A program made the translations under genes and the position numbers. From Octopus vulgaris (lineage: Eukaryota), in assembly GCA_951406725.2 (NCBI GenBank), contig OX597823.1:16740001-16804000 (forward strand): a DNA stretch of 64,000 nucleotides. Reading direction: 5' to 3'. This document shows, one piece after another, positions 38,701-53,300 of the stretch (its first letter is position 1; every line of letters begins with the position of its first letter). The notes beneath the pieces were generated by a model that was not told the origin of the DNA, did no database searches, and saw only the letters and a program-made list of their open reading frames with translations.

Positions 38701-41700
38701 TGAATATTTATTGTATATTTAAATTGTTTCTATATAGTGTGAATATTGTCTCTCCCCATTGAATTGCTTAATAGAGGTTATTTCTCTTAATTATACACAC
38801 ACACACACACATAGGGGTTCTTTGTATCTGCGTTTGTTTTCCACCACCACTTGACAAGTGTTGGTGTCTATGTACTCATAACTTAGCAGTTCAGCAGAAG
38901 AGTTCAATAAAATAAGCACCAGGCTTTAAAGGTAAAAAAAAAGTATTGAGGTTGATTCAATCGATTAAAAATTCTTCGAGGCGATGCCCCAGCATGACCA
39001 TAGTCTAATGACTGAACAAGTAAAAGATAACAGAAAAAAAGCAAATTGTTTCAACTTACACAGAATCTGTGTACTCAAGTCTTCTACAAAGTGATGAATC
39101 TTTCTCCATTTCTGTTCGGGCTTTCGGTGGGCTGCAAATATCACAAATATTATTTCAGTAGGCCATTAACTGGGACAGGAGAAACAGTTTCAGTCAAATA
39201 AAGCAAACCAAATTTTAAGCCCAGCCAAGAGCATAACAGAATTGTAGCAGTAAATTTGGAATTCACCTTAAACTTCATGGCCATTGTGCTGTCTTCATTG
39301 AATGTCTCTGCACACTCTCTTACCTCTGGCGACAGCTTTACGTTAAGACATCTCAGATCACCATATTGCCCTGGTTTCCAAGACTAGTGAAAAGAGAAGG
39401 AATCCCCAAACTGGATACCTGGTCCAAGTGCTTACAACAGAGTCATCAGCATCAGACTCTACTAATGGTACCCAAGATGCCAGGTGGTGGTAATAAAATG
39501 GATTATGTCTACCACCCATGTAGGCTACAGCAAGATTTGGACCCAGAATATTAAGAGCTAGAATAAATACTTCAAAATATTCCATCTAAGGCTCTATAAA
39601 TTCTGCTAATCCATTGCCCTTGACTGGTCCTTTATTTTATCATCCCTGGAAATATCAAAAGCAAAGAGGACTCCAGCAGTTCAAAATTTGTTATATTCTG
39701 ACAAAAAGCCAGAATAAATACTACAAAGCATTTTGTTTGATGTTTTGACAACTGCCAGATCAGATTGGAGCCTGGTGCAGCCATCTGGTTCGCCAGACCT
39801 CAGTCAAATCGTCCAACCCATGCTTGCATGGAAAGCGGACATTAAACGATGATGATGATAACACACCACATACAGTGTGTTTATTCCAATTTCCATCTAC
39901 TAATTTCTCTCACCAGGTATTGACCAACCTGTAACTACGGTTGAGGACATCAGCCAATAGCATTCACCAAGTGGAACCAAATCCCCTAATCATGTGATAC
40001 CAAAGCAAACCTCTCAACCACTCAGCTATGCTGGCAGATATCATATGACAATTCTATTGAATATTATTATCAGTCTAAAAAAGTCAAATGAGTTTCTGCT
40101 CACATAGAGTCGATCCTTTATGATAAACTATTGCATTGTATGCATGGACATGTGAGACAAAAAGGTGTGTGTGTGTGTGTACACAAAATAAGTGAATGCA
40201 ATCTTACCTAGTGAAAAGGCTATTAATAGAAGGTGCTGGAATAATGGTCTCTGAACAATGTGATGACAGCGTCAGATATTTAGGAATAGAAATATGCTGA
40301 ATAACTTTTCTGTTACATGAAGCTGTGACACTGTATGTGTAGCGTTTCAAATGGAGAATTAATACTCTGGAATGAAAATAATCAACATTATCATTATTGT
40401 CATAGACACCAACAAACCTCAATTATCAAAACTCAGAGCAGACTTATAAAATCCAGTATCAGAACAAGTTTACTATTATTTGCGACACTGTGGCACCAAG
40501 CAAACTTATATTGTGACACCGGGAATAAAAATTTAATTATTTATCATAGCACCAGATATAAAGATAACGTTATCTACTGTAATAGACTCAAAGCTTCCAA
40601 TGGACAAAGTCCATAAAATAAGAAAGAGGTGTCACCAAAACTACACTTCCTGAAAATATTTGAACCATATATAGAAGAGGGAATAAGTAATTAACTTAAG
40701 GAAGGAAGGAAAATTTTAACTGCATCTGAGAAATCCAGATTGTTAAGTAATCTGGTCTGGGATCCCCTTCGGTCACGACACTGACCATGGGATTGCACCT
40801 AGAAAGTTACCCTCCTAGTCACAAGTCTGGGCAAGGTGGTTTTATGGAAGACCAGCAGTCGCCCATGCATACCGGCCTCTCCTCTCCACGCCACCAGTGT
40901 TATCGAAGGGAAAGGCAACAGCAGATACAGCTTGGCACCTGTGACGTCGAAACTCATTTCTACAGCTGAGTTAACTGGAGCAACGTGAAATAAAGTGTCT
41001 TGCTCAATAACACAACACGCAGCCCGGTCCGGGATTCGAGCTCACAACCTCACGATCGTAAGCTCGACACTCTAACCACTGGGCCATGCGCCTTCACTGT
41101 TAAGTAATAAGTATATAATTATATGTGTGAAGCATACTAATGGCTAACAGATTAAAAGTCATTTATCTTACCTTGGTAATCTACTGATGCATTTGGAAAC
41201 TTCTGATTTATCATGATTACATTTAGCACATCGGTATTCCACATTTTCTTTGACAAAGAATAAGTCGAGAGCATCCTGAATGCTTGGATTGCTGGAATTA
41301 GAGAATGAAAGTTGATGAAAGAGAGTAGAGTGAGAGGAGAGAGTCAGAAGCAAAAAGAATGATGGAACTACAGTGTGTCACACTGCTTTTGCTCTTAGCC
41401 TTGTATTTACAAATATGAGAGAGAGAGAGAGAGAAAGAAATAAATACAAAAGTTAGGCTCACCATCCCTTTGGTATGTCCAACGATAAATCTATACACTG
41501 TTCAACTTTAGAGACAACAACACCACATCTAAAAACAAAAACAAAATAAAATAAAATTACTAATTCCTATTAGTAAATGGTTAAATGTTGGACAGTTGTA
41601 CATTATAATCAACATTAGTAGTTGTTTAGCCCCAGGTCTTCACTCATCAGCCAAAGCCTATGATCAAAACATGTTCCAACCATGATCACACCTTATATAA

Positions 41701-42946
41701 GTGAATGGTAGCAATAGTAATGTGTGTTGTTGATTGTGTATTTGGTTAGGTTTCTTTTCTTTTCCTCTCACTGAACACTCATAAATTGTCTTTGATGGGA
41801 GAGTTTGTCATATATATGTACAGACAGACAGATTATATCTCAGATCACATTCGCCAATGAGTCCCCCACCCAAGAAAGTAAAGTGTAATCCGAATGAGAT
41901 TTGGCTGCTATTTCTAGCAACTTTACATGCTGCATAGTGCTAAGAGTTCCAATCTGTCCTCATGAGAGGACGAGATACTGCAATGGCTTGGTGGTTCAAA
42001 GAACCATAACTTTTATTAAATATCCTCCCACAAACTTACTTGGATCTTTTCGGTTTGAATGGCAGTTTTTAACATAATTTCTAGGTAACTAAAAAATTTT
42101 AAACTTCGTATACTGGTAGAATGTGTTTATAAAACATCTTTTTCTCTCGGCTTTATTGAGAAAATTCTATGGTTTGTAAGATATTTGTTGTGTTTTCTTC
42201 AATTTCAACCATCACTGACGTCTATTGAGGTAAAAAACATTCTGTGCTGTATGAATATGTCCTTCGTTTAAGAAACAGATTGGGTTTATTTACATTTGTG
42301 AAGAAAACAAGATACCCCCCTCCTAACCCTAAAACAGATTGAAATGCAATAGATCGAGTCTAGGGTCATAATTATGGGTGACAATTTCATATGACACTGC
42401 TAGAAAAAACTGCCGTTCAAACCGAAAAGATCCACTTTAGGATCATCTACACAAAGGAGATGCGAATAAACTAAAACAATACATAAGCATTCAACGATGA
42501 AAGATGTTGAGAGAACCTACAACAAGAGACATGCACAAGACAACAACATCAACAACACTAACACAGCATACTTGTTGCAGCTGTTATACAACTTGTTTAA
42601 CTCAAGGACATTCCAGCCATGACCACATTGTCTTTTTTTCCAGATTGTTTTCAGATTACAATATTCAGGAAGTAGAGACAAAAAAGCGGGGGATTTGTGA
42701 GAGAGACTTAGCTGCTTCCCCTAGAAAAGTTTCCTTATTACCCCACAACCATGTCAAGGATCTTTTTTTGAGCACAGAGATTCATGATACTGAAATGACA
42801 TACATTTGTGTGTGGAGACAGAGAGAGAGAGAAAGAAATAGTGTAGAGAAGAAGAGATAACAGACAGGGAAAGTGAGGAAGGTAACAGTGTTGGGAGGAG
42901 GAAAAGAGGAACAAGGAGTGGGAAAGGCAAATGGAAAGGAAGAGGA

Positions 42947-43005
<59 letters not shown>

Positions 43006-43194
43006 CAGATGAATATGGTACTTAAGTTAAGGCACCAGAATTTAGTACGGTATTATCCATACAATTTCAAAGTAAGGTGATTAAAATCAAAATAAGCAAC
43101 AAGGATATTATCCAGAGGTAATGCAGTACGATCGTTTCATGCAACTCCATAGAGTTGCATAAAACAATCGTACTGCATTACCTCTGGCTATCCT

Positions 43195-43247
<53 letters not shown>

Positions 43248-44252
43248 CAAAATCTTATCTTTTGATAAGCATAACAAATGCACAACCGGTAAAAAGAACT
43301 TTCACCTAATTAAATACACTCTCCCTTACTTAAATTATTTTGTCAGCATTTTCTTCATTTCCTTTTTATATATATATATATATATATATAAAATAATATG
43401 TTACATTTACTCAATAGTCAAGATAAAACTGAGTTTCAGATGCCGAAATGGAAATCCACAACACCATCTCTTCGGTTATCTGGCCATCTGAAAAACGCTA
43501 TGAAAAAATACCGTTATATAAAGGGAAATTACTGTGTTATAATTCTGCTCGCGGACCCACATGCATACTTATACGTCACTATGAAAACGTACACATCTTC
43601 ACTCGCATTTTTCGCCAAATATATACGCATATATATACAAACTCATACACACACACATGCGTACCGTAAAAGTTCATACATACGTCTATATACGCACAAG
43701 CACAAGAAAAACCATGGTTAAAGGTAACAGAAAAAAACATGTATATATGCGTATATAAATATGTGCAGGTATGTACATATATGAGCGTGTGTGTGTATGA
43801 GTGCATAGGGGCATGCCCGTATATGAACGTGGTTTTTATGCTTTGTATACTTCCTTATGTTTTTTTCTGTTACCTTTAACCATGGTTTTTCTTGTGCTTG
43901 TGCGTATATAGACATGTGTGTGTGTATGAGTTTGTATATATATATGCTTATATATTTGGCGAAAAATGCGAGTGAAGATGTGTACATTTTCATAGTGACG
44001 TATAAGTACGCACGTGGGTCCGGGAGCAGAATTATGACACAGTAATTTCCCTTTATATAACGGTATTTTTTCATAGCGTTTTTCAGATGGTCAGATAACC
44101 GAAGTGATGGTGTTGTGGATTTCCACTTCGGCATCTGAAACTCAGAGTTTTATCTTGACTATTGAGTAATGTAACATTATTTTATAGATAAATTTCCTCT
44201 GTTTACATAATATTGAGGTCTCTTTCTTTCTTTTGTTATCTTACCGTTTTTA

Positions 44253-44301
<49 letters not shown>

Positions 44302-47300
44302 ATATATATATACACACACATACATACATACAGAGAGAGAAAGAGAGAAGAGACAGGAAATATGGTTTCAAATACATTAGTAAAAATTAAGGATTTATCT
44401 TTTTACCGTTTACAAGTAATAGAGCGATTGATATCAAATTCGAAGTTCTGAACTGTGGGGTTAATGAAAGTATCTCTGCAGTTAGGGTCATCATCATCAT
44501 CGGAACTGGAATTATTAGATGTAGGAGTACTTGTGGCCAACTTGACCCCTTCTTCTTTCAGACAGTCAAGGACTTGGTTCAAGCATTCATGAGCATCCTA
44601 CAATATTTAGAATGAGAAAATGTTATCTTGGCTTTCTTAAAAAGAAAAAATAAATGCAGTCAATTGTAGTTATGGGTGTGTGTGTGTTATTGTTTAGCCC
44701 TAGGTTAATCTTGATTGAGCAGATCTATGACCAAAAACATTCTAGCCAAGATCATCTCATGTAACATCTAGGACCACAGTATTCAATGTGTCATTCTTTT
44801 AAGGGAACAGGCTTTGATAGTTGGCAGAGGAAATTTGGCTGCTGTTTTTAGTAAGTCAAGAGTGAGTTTATGCTTGGGTATGGAAACTATATCGGGACAA
44901 TTACCTCCCATAGGACAATTCCCTCAACAACAACTACCCACCCTTGTTAATTACCCCCTCTCCAATGTATTAAGAAGTTTTAAATCATCATCTGTTCTCC
45001 TCAGGGGTGATTGTCTTTGGGGGGTTTATTGTCCATGGAGGGTAAATGTCCGCGACTCATGGAAACATGGTAGCTGATGAGAGAGAGAACATCAAATGAG
45101 ACAAAGAGATACAGGCAGCATTATCTAAAGAAAATCGTATTGAATTCTTAGATACAAAGCTATAATTCACCCATGCCACTATTTTTTTTAATATTACCTT
45201 AACTATTAAAGGCAGATTTTCTCTGTGGGTATGTATGTTGAAAATTCAAACATTTACACAATTCCAAATTTAGTGGATGAAAAAATTGGAATTAACATTC
45301 TAAATACCATAACTTAGGTCTTAGGGGCATTTTTTCAGTCAAAATAACACCCCAATTACGAAAAAAAAAAAAATCGATAAAACTACATACATAACCATTT
45401 TCCCCTCTAATACAATCTAATTTCCTCTTTCTACTACCATTACAAATCGTTTCTACTGCTACTTTCTCTTATGAACGTTTACGAACGATCCAAGAAAAAA
45501 GACAGAAAGAAAGGAAAGAGAAAGAGTGAGAGTTAAATAAACAGACAGACTACCAATCCTACGTAAATACACACACATATTGGTGCAGGAGTAGCTGTGA
45601 GGTTAGTAGCTTGCTTACCAACCACATGGTTCCGGGTTCATTCCCACTGTATGGCACCTTGGGCAAGTATCTTCTACTATAGCCTCAGGATGACCAAAGC
45701 CTTGTGAGTGGATTTGGTAGATGGAAACTGAAAGAAGCCTGTTGTATGTGTGTGTGTATGTATTTGTCCCCCAGCCACCATCACTTGACAACTGATGCTG
45801 GGGTGTTTACGTCCCCATAACTTAGCAGTTCAGCAATAGAGGCTGATAGAATAAGTATTGGGGTTGATTTGCTCGACTGAAGGCAGTGCTCCAGCATAGC
45901 CACAGTCAAATGACCAAAACAAATAAAAGAGTAAGGTGGTGATGTAAAATTAGGCATGAATTAAGGCCGACTATGCCAGAACAGTCTATCTAGAGGGCTA
46001 ACACCTACCCAATTTTCATTTGTAAGGTTTATCTCGATCTGAAGCAACAGCGGAGGAAGCATTTGCTTTAGGTGCTGTGCAGTGGGATTGAACCAAGAAC
46101 TACATGAATGTGAAGTGAATTTCTTGATTACATGGCTATATTTAGCTAGCTGAATCACTTTATAGAATATTGTGTTCCTATCTCTTTTACTCTTTTATTT
46201 GTTTCAGTCATTTGACTGTAGCCATGCTGGAGCACCACCTTTAGTCAAGCAAATCGAACCCTGGACTTATTCTTTGTAAGCCTAGTACTTATTCTATCGG
46301 TCTCTTTTGCCAAACCGCTAAGTTACTGGGACGTAAACACACCAGCATCGGTTGTCAAGCGATGTTGAGGGACAAAGAGACACACAAAACCACTTTCTTT
46401 CAGTTTCTGTCTACCAAATCCAATCACAAGGGTTTGGTCAGCCCAGGGTTATAGTAGAAGACACTTGCCCACCCCTGCACCTATGCACTATGTTAAAAGA
46501 AAGTAGGAGGTTGAATAGAACTTAGCAACTAGGTAAAAACAGGTGAACTAACTGAGAAACTGGGTTGAAAATATTGTCTTGCTTCAGTGTTGAAATACAT
46601 CCCTACACAACTGAAAGAAACAAAGTAGAAAAAAAAATATGAACTTACCTGCATGTCATTACTTAGGAAATGTGTACCAACGGTTGATATAGCTTCTCTC
46701 ACATTACCTAATAAGGTCACTTTACTAACATCAGATTCACTTTTGGTCTGTGAGATTAACAAATTGGCCATGGTACTGCAACAGGAATTTAAAATTCAAT
46801 TTCATGTAAACTCAAAAAGGAATTTTTTTTTGCAAAACATTATACAATGAAAACTGAACATCATTACTCATGGATATATATAAAATATGAAATGGAGGGA
46901 TCAGGGTGATACACTTTCTAGAACTGCTGAGAGATAAAATTGTCTACTAATCACTTAGTTCCAAGGAATTGAGTGAATGGTAGTCAAATCTTTGCTTGCA
47001 GAAGATACCAATCTAAGACAGGAAAGTACTTTTAGTAAACAGACTAATTGCAATTTTGCAAGCTGTCAAAATGAGGATCTAATTTTACAATGTGGCAACT
47101 ACTTACAGACGAAAATTTTTTTCTATCCTACAGTACCTCAAATGTACAATATTGTACAATCATTTAGCAATTCTTGCATTACTACTTCACTGAATGCAGC
47201 ATCTAGGATGAAGCCAAAATAAGACTTGAAACATCTGGGGTTATTCAACTTCACCACCTAGAAAAATGCAAATAAATAACCAGAGACTAATATTGGTTTT

Positions 47301-50300
47301 ATCACTAAATATATCTAGCTAGCTTCATTTTTAAACTATGGTCTTGTATAATTTCCAGTCAATGAACAGCAGCCCTGAAGGGCTTTCATCAAGTGAATTG
47401 ACCCCAGTTCTATTTTTAAGTCAGGTAGTTACTCTATCAGTTTCTTTCTTGCTGAACTGCTAAATTACAGGGACATGAACAGAGTTGCATCAAGTGGTGG
47501 TGAGAGACAAATAGAAACATACACAAAGGACTTCTGCACAGTTTCCACTAACCAAATTCACTCTCAAGGAACAAGCATTGGTTGGCCCAGAGCTAAAAGC
47601 AAAAGACACTGGCCCAAGGCTCCATGCTGGCGGACTGAATCCCTGCTAAACCTATTTTCCTACACCAATAAATGTATAATCGTATACACTCCATTCAAAC
47701 TCCTGCATGGTCTTCCCCCTCCTTTTTTCTGGATGTGGTGTCCACTCTTTTAATTTGCTAAATTCTTCAGCACCCAAACATGGAAGAGGAAAACATCAGA
47801 CTGTGGATGGTGGAGAGAACATGAGGAGGCATTTGTCCAGCAGTGGACCATAAGGCGATAACAACACACATCAGGCACACCTATTTAGTAATTCTTTTAT
47901 AGCTACTTTGTCAGGAATGGTGAAATTTATACTTAGCTGATGAGGTCAGAATAAAGTTGAAACATGCCTAAAGTATATTTCTGTGTTTGTTTCCTACAAA
48001 GAAAATATTAACCATTAACTAATATTTCTCCCCTACCTCAATCCTAATTAGCTTTTTAGAGGTCTTATTAAATATGTCAACACCAGCTAGGCAATTTGAT
48101 AGTTATACTATTTTTTGTCATAGACATAATATATTGAGAGGATACAAGCCACAAATTTTTTAACTGGTCAACCAGTACCTAACCAGCCAACTAGTAGCTA
48201 GGATGTTGAATTCATGATCCTAAGATTGTGGTTTCAATACCTTGACTGGGCAACACGTTGTGTTCTTGAGCAAAACACTTAATTCCACATTGCTCCAGTC
48301 CACTCAGCTGGCAAAAATGATTATGGACCAATGTCCCATCCAGGTGGAGAATATTTAAGCCATGGAAACCAGGAAACTGGCCCTTACAAGTCAGCAAAAC
48401 TCAAGAAGGTAACTAACTTTTTTTTCACCCAGCCAACTCAACATTCTAGGGGAAGGGATTGCTCAAGTGATTGAACTAACTAAAGTGCATTATCACAAAT
48501 AGTTCTATTAATCCTGGCCAGATTTGAACTCAGACGAGACAAACGAGAGCTAGAACTCAAAACACTAAAGTACTTGATCCAGCAGTAAGCTAATGCCAAT
48601 TCGCCATCGTTAACCGTTTTTTTACCATTATCTGTTAAAATACCCTGTTATGTTCCAAATAACTTTAAAAACAATGAAGAATTTAGTAAAACAATTTCAT
48701 CTACATTAAGCAGATGTTTCAAACATAAACATGAAATTTTGTGGGTAGATTTTAATTTGAATTAAGCAAAGAATAAGAAATTAATCTGAACAGAATTATC
48801 ACACCCCAATATCAACAGCACATATACAAGGGAAAAAAGCCTTCAGTGCATTACAGCATGTAACATTTAAATCAATCTAGTGGTACATTAGAAAACATTA
48901 GTACCTTAGATAAAGCAGAAAACATTAATTTGTAGTGTTAACGAATCAGTTGGTACTGGTGATCATCTTGATTAAAATAAGGCTGTAGCAGTGAGCATGA
49001 GGGTCAAAATTAGCTTATGGGAAGTCCAACTTCACATACAGGACCTAGGGTGACTTTTTTGAGATTTTATCTGGGAGTGGGGGATGTATCATATACCAGA
49101 GGTTCTCAATGTAAGTGGTACTATATCCAAAGAGACATTGGGCATGTTGAAGCAAGCAGTGAAGTAAGTAACACACTAAATTTTACCTATAGTAGTAATT
49201 ATATTATATATGATAAAACCAGTAATAGTTAACAAAATGAAATGAAATCTCATCAGATACAAGGAAGTCATTATCTTGCAATGCATAAAATAAATTTCAA
49301 CCCTTGTCTTTACTAATTTTTTTCTCGTTTCACTGTTAAAAACTTATACAATCCAATTTTAGAGTAAACATTTTAAAATTATCATTCACATTAAGTTAGT
49401 CTAGCTGTGATACCTCACTTGTGACTTAGGTGGGTGCTACAAAAAAAAAAAAAAAAAGAAAAAAAAGATTAAGAACTACTGCCGTCATCATCATCATTTA
49501 ACATCCGTTTTCCATGCTGGCACAGGTTGGATGGTTTGACAGGAGCTGGCCATATGTGTATACACACACAGGTTCACAGACAATATTCTTTCTTATTACA
49601 AATATATAAAAGTGAGGTTGTGTGGTCTCTGTCTCCTATGATTTAGATTCCTAACTACTCCCACATTTTGCGGTGCAGTTTAACCAAAAGCGGGTATCTT
49701 ATAGTCGTGATTCATATCGAGCCCTTCTGGGTATTAGCGCGCGTCTACGATGAGTCTACGATTAAAAAAAAAATTTACCATAATTTTTCTGTATTTTTAA
49801 TGCATTTTCGCTCGGTTTATATAAGGGAAGTAACTCTCTAAAAATTTATTATTAAATCTCAGAGCGTAAAAAGCTACAGTAACACCCCCCCTTTGTGGTT
49901 AACCATATTGAGATGGCTATTATACTTTACATCTCTAAAAATGCTTATATAGTTATTTCCCTTACAAACCCGAGCAACGCCGGGTGATACTGCTAGTTAC
50001 AAATAAAAGGTAGATGCAGAAAAAGTCGGTTACCTGTGTAAAGAACTGGGGTTTACTTTTGATACTTTACAGTTAATAAATAACAACTCAGTGGCAAAAG
50101 TCTCGAGACTAAAAAGAGACTGCAGGATTGCATTTAAATAACAGGTGTTGCCCATATTGGTGAGTCTGAGGAGAATAAGAGAAAGAGAAAAGAAATGAAT
50201 GCATGAGAACATGTAGGCATTTACAAAGGCAAAGGATAAATTAAAGGCAAAGGATAAATTAATCAGTAAATTGGCTTATCTAAATTCATGGCAATAGTAC

Positions 50301-50341
50301 ATTTGGGTTATTTCCCTTAGCTCATGATTGATAGATATAGA

Positions 50342-50383
<42 letters not shown>

Positions 50384-53300
50384 TACATATAGACAGAAAT
50401 AGATATAGATATATATCATCATCATCATCGTTTAACGTCCGTTTTCCATGCTAGCATGGGTTGGACGGTTCGACCGGGGATCTGGGAAGCCAGAAGGCTG
50501 CACCAGGCTCCGGTCTTATCTGGCAATGTTTCTACAGCTGGATGCCCTTCCTAACGCCAACCACTCCGTGAGTGTATTGGGTGCTTTTTACGTGCCACCT
50601 GCACTGGTGCCAGGTGAGGCTGGCATCGGCCACGGTCGGATTGGTGCATTTTACGTGCCACCTGCACGGAAGCCAGTCGAGCCAGTCTCTTTTGCTGAAC
50701 TGCTATGTAACAGGAATGTAAAATCTCCAGCACCAGCTGTCAAGTGGTGGTGGACAAATACAAAGCCACACACACACACAACAGGCTTCTTTCAATTCTC
50801 ATCTATCAAATCCATTCACAAGGCTTGGTCACCTTACAGCTATAGTAGGAGACACTTGCCCAAGGCACCACAGTGGGACTGAAACTGGAACCATGGTGTT
50901 GTAAAGCAAACTTCTTACCATGCAGGGAAAATTTTTTGAGAGGCGGAGGGGTAAATTATACAAGATAATTTCAAATACCTAAGCCCTTCTCCCACTTGAA
51001 ATTCTAATAAATATATACACGAAATTCCCTGCAACATTGGCAGAATGATAGTCCCAAATGTAAAAAAGAAGAATTATAAACAAAAAGAACAAATCTGGAA
51101 TGAAAATTGCCATCCCTTATTAAGGTAAAGTGAAGGATAAAGTTAAAGAGCAAAATATAAACTTCAATTACCCTCTTAAAGCAAGTTTTGGCAAGGGGTA
51201 AATGGCTGGTGCTGGAGGACTTTCTACCTTCTGTGGTTGAGAATTTGTTGACGAGTCCACCAAAAGCCGTGCTCGTTTAACAGGTGTTGTTTCACATCTT
51301 TTCATCCTACAGAGAAAAAGAATGGTCAGTCAATAATATAATGTAATACCATTGTAAACACTTTTTTTTTTTAAAGTTAATATCTATCTTAAACATCTTG
51401 AATATACGAAAAAAATTGTTGAACTAATTAGAGAAACAAAATAGGCAGGTAAACAATTTTTTTAAACCAACATCTTGTGAATTTTAACAGGCAGAAAATT
51501 TCTCCAGTTTTGGTTGGTATTCATGAAAAACATACTTGATTAATGCTTGTTTTAATTAAAAATTATAAAAAAGATTCAGGCTACTGTGGCTGTAAAGAAA
51601 GTCCTACACTGTTTTGCACTGTTATCTAAAGTAAACAAATATAGCTTCTATCATTCCAGCAGTTGAGGACAACAATAATAATCCTTTTCTACTATAGGGA
51701 CAAGGCCAGAAATTTTGAGGGGGGTGCTAGTTGATTACATCAGTCCAGAGTTCAACTGGTACTTATTTTATTAACCTTGTAAGAATGAGAGGCAAAGCCA
51801 ACCTCAGTTGGAATTGAATTCTTGAGTGACATCAAGTCATAAAACCCTCAAGCAAACACTGCACTGAAAAGTCAAGATAATTTCTACATGGTCATTTAAC
51901 TTGTAAGAAATAACAGCTAAGTCACCTTCAAATCACACTCAACCATCTTACAAAAGAATGACACACTGAAATGGTGTAATATGCAAGCATTCAGGCCATG
52001 TCAACATCTGAGGCTAGTCTCTTCCCTCCCTCCAATCTATCCAAATCCCTGACAAAGATCATGGATGTTTAATTAAGAGGGAAGGGTAGTGCCCATGACT
52101 TTTCAGATTTCCTAAACTTGTAGGAGGTTAGGAAGGTATCCTCAAAAAGGAGACTGAATGTTTGTAACAGACTGGACTCTACTGAAAGTCAGCAGAATTG
52201 GGTGTCTTTCTCAGACACATAACACAATGGCAGTAGTAAGATTTGAACTCATGATCATAATATCTATATATTTCTTTACTACCCACAAGGGGCTAAACAC
52301 AGGGGACAAACAAGGACAGACAAAGGAATAAAGTCGATTACATCGACCCCAGTGCGAAACTGGTACTTTATTTATCGACCCCGAAAGGATGAAAGGCAAA
52401 GTCAACCTCGGCGGAATTTGAACTCAGAACGTAACGACAGACGAAATACTGCTAGGCATTTTGTCCGGCGTGCTAACGATTCTGCCGCCTTGAGCATTCC
52501 ATGCCAAACTGAATATTTCCAATGAACCAAATAAAGAAGAAAGAAAATGACAGTTACCCCAGCACTCGTTTTACACTAGCTCCACATGAAGATTTATTCT
52601 TGTTATAGAAATTGCTTTTTCCAAGGGATAAAATATTTTGCATTTTCTCATTTGCACATGCAAGGAAGTTATCCCCATTGGTTGTTGTTGAAGTTGGGGA
52701 TCTGGAAAAAAAGTAAAAGAATCTTTAATAACCTATTTTTTCATCTTTACATAAAAAAATCTGGCATCCTCACCCATTCCATTCTTTTTAAAGGATATTG
52801 AGAAAATATCATCTTAACCCTTTTGTTACCAACCCAGCTGAAACCGGCTCTGGCTCTGTAGTACAAATTCTTCTTCTTCTTACAGCATTCACCCGGGGTG
52901 GGTTGAGCTGGCTTCATTCATCCTCAATGCTGCATCTCTCACATTGGGCAGAGGGACTCTTGAGAGTCAACGGCCATCCAATAAATGTGTAATTATATAT
53001 CACCTCATCGTGGTAAGGGGGCGAAACGGGAGTGTCAGAGCTATGCTGTCGGAGACTTCAGTTTCTGGTAGGGCCACCCAAGGCGGATTGTTCCGACACC
53101 CAGCGGTATCAGGGCAGCACCCAGCTAACGGGGCTCTGGTGAACAGAAGCGTCTGGTCCAGCAACCGGCAGCTTCAACCCATCCTGTCCCTACATCTGTG
53201 GAAAATCTACGGCAAACAAGATGTTCTCCCAACAGGGATATACTTGCGGCTGGGGACCGCTAGCGAACTTCCTATTCCCAAGACCCTTCAAATATTCCTT

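Noticed and set aside
39440-39460. Isolated CTGATGA heptamers (also near 15943, 22329, 45075, 49250)
   Set aside because: No correctly spaced helix II, GAAA-NUH or closing helix I
42031-42460. Possible minus-strand mini-exon interrupted by a MITE
   Set aside because: Would introduce an immediate TGA after exon 9; exon 10 already completes the chain
43398-44134. Two similar ORFs (MPKWKSTTPSLRLS) on opposite strands
   Set aside because: Product of the inverted repeat; low-complexity tails, no recognisable domain
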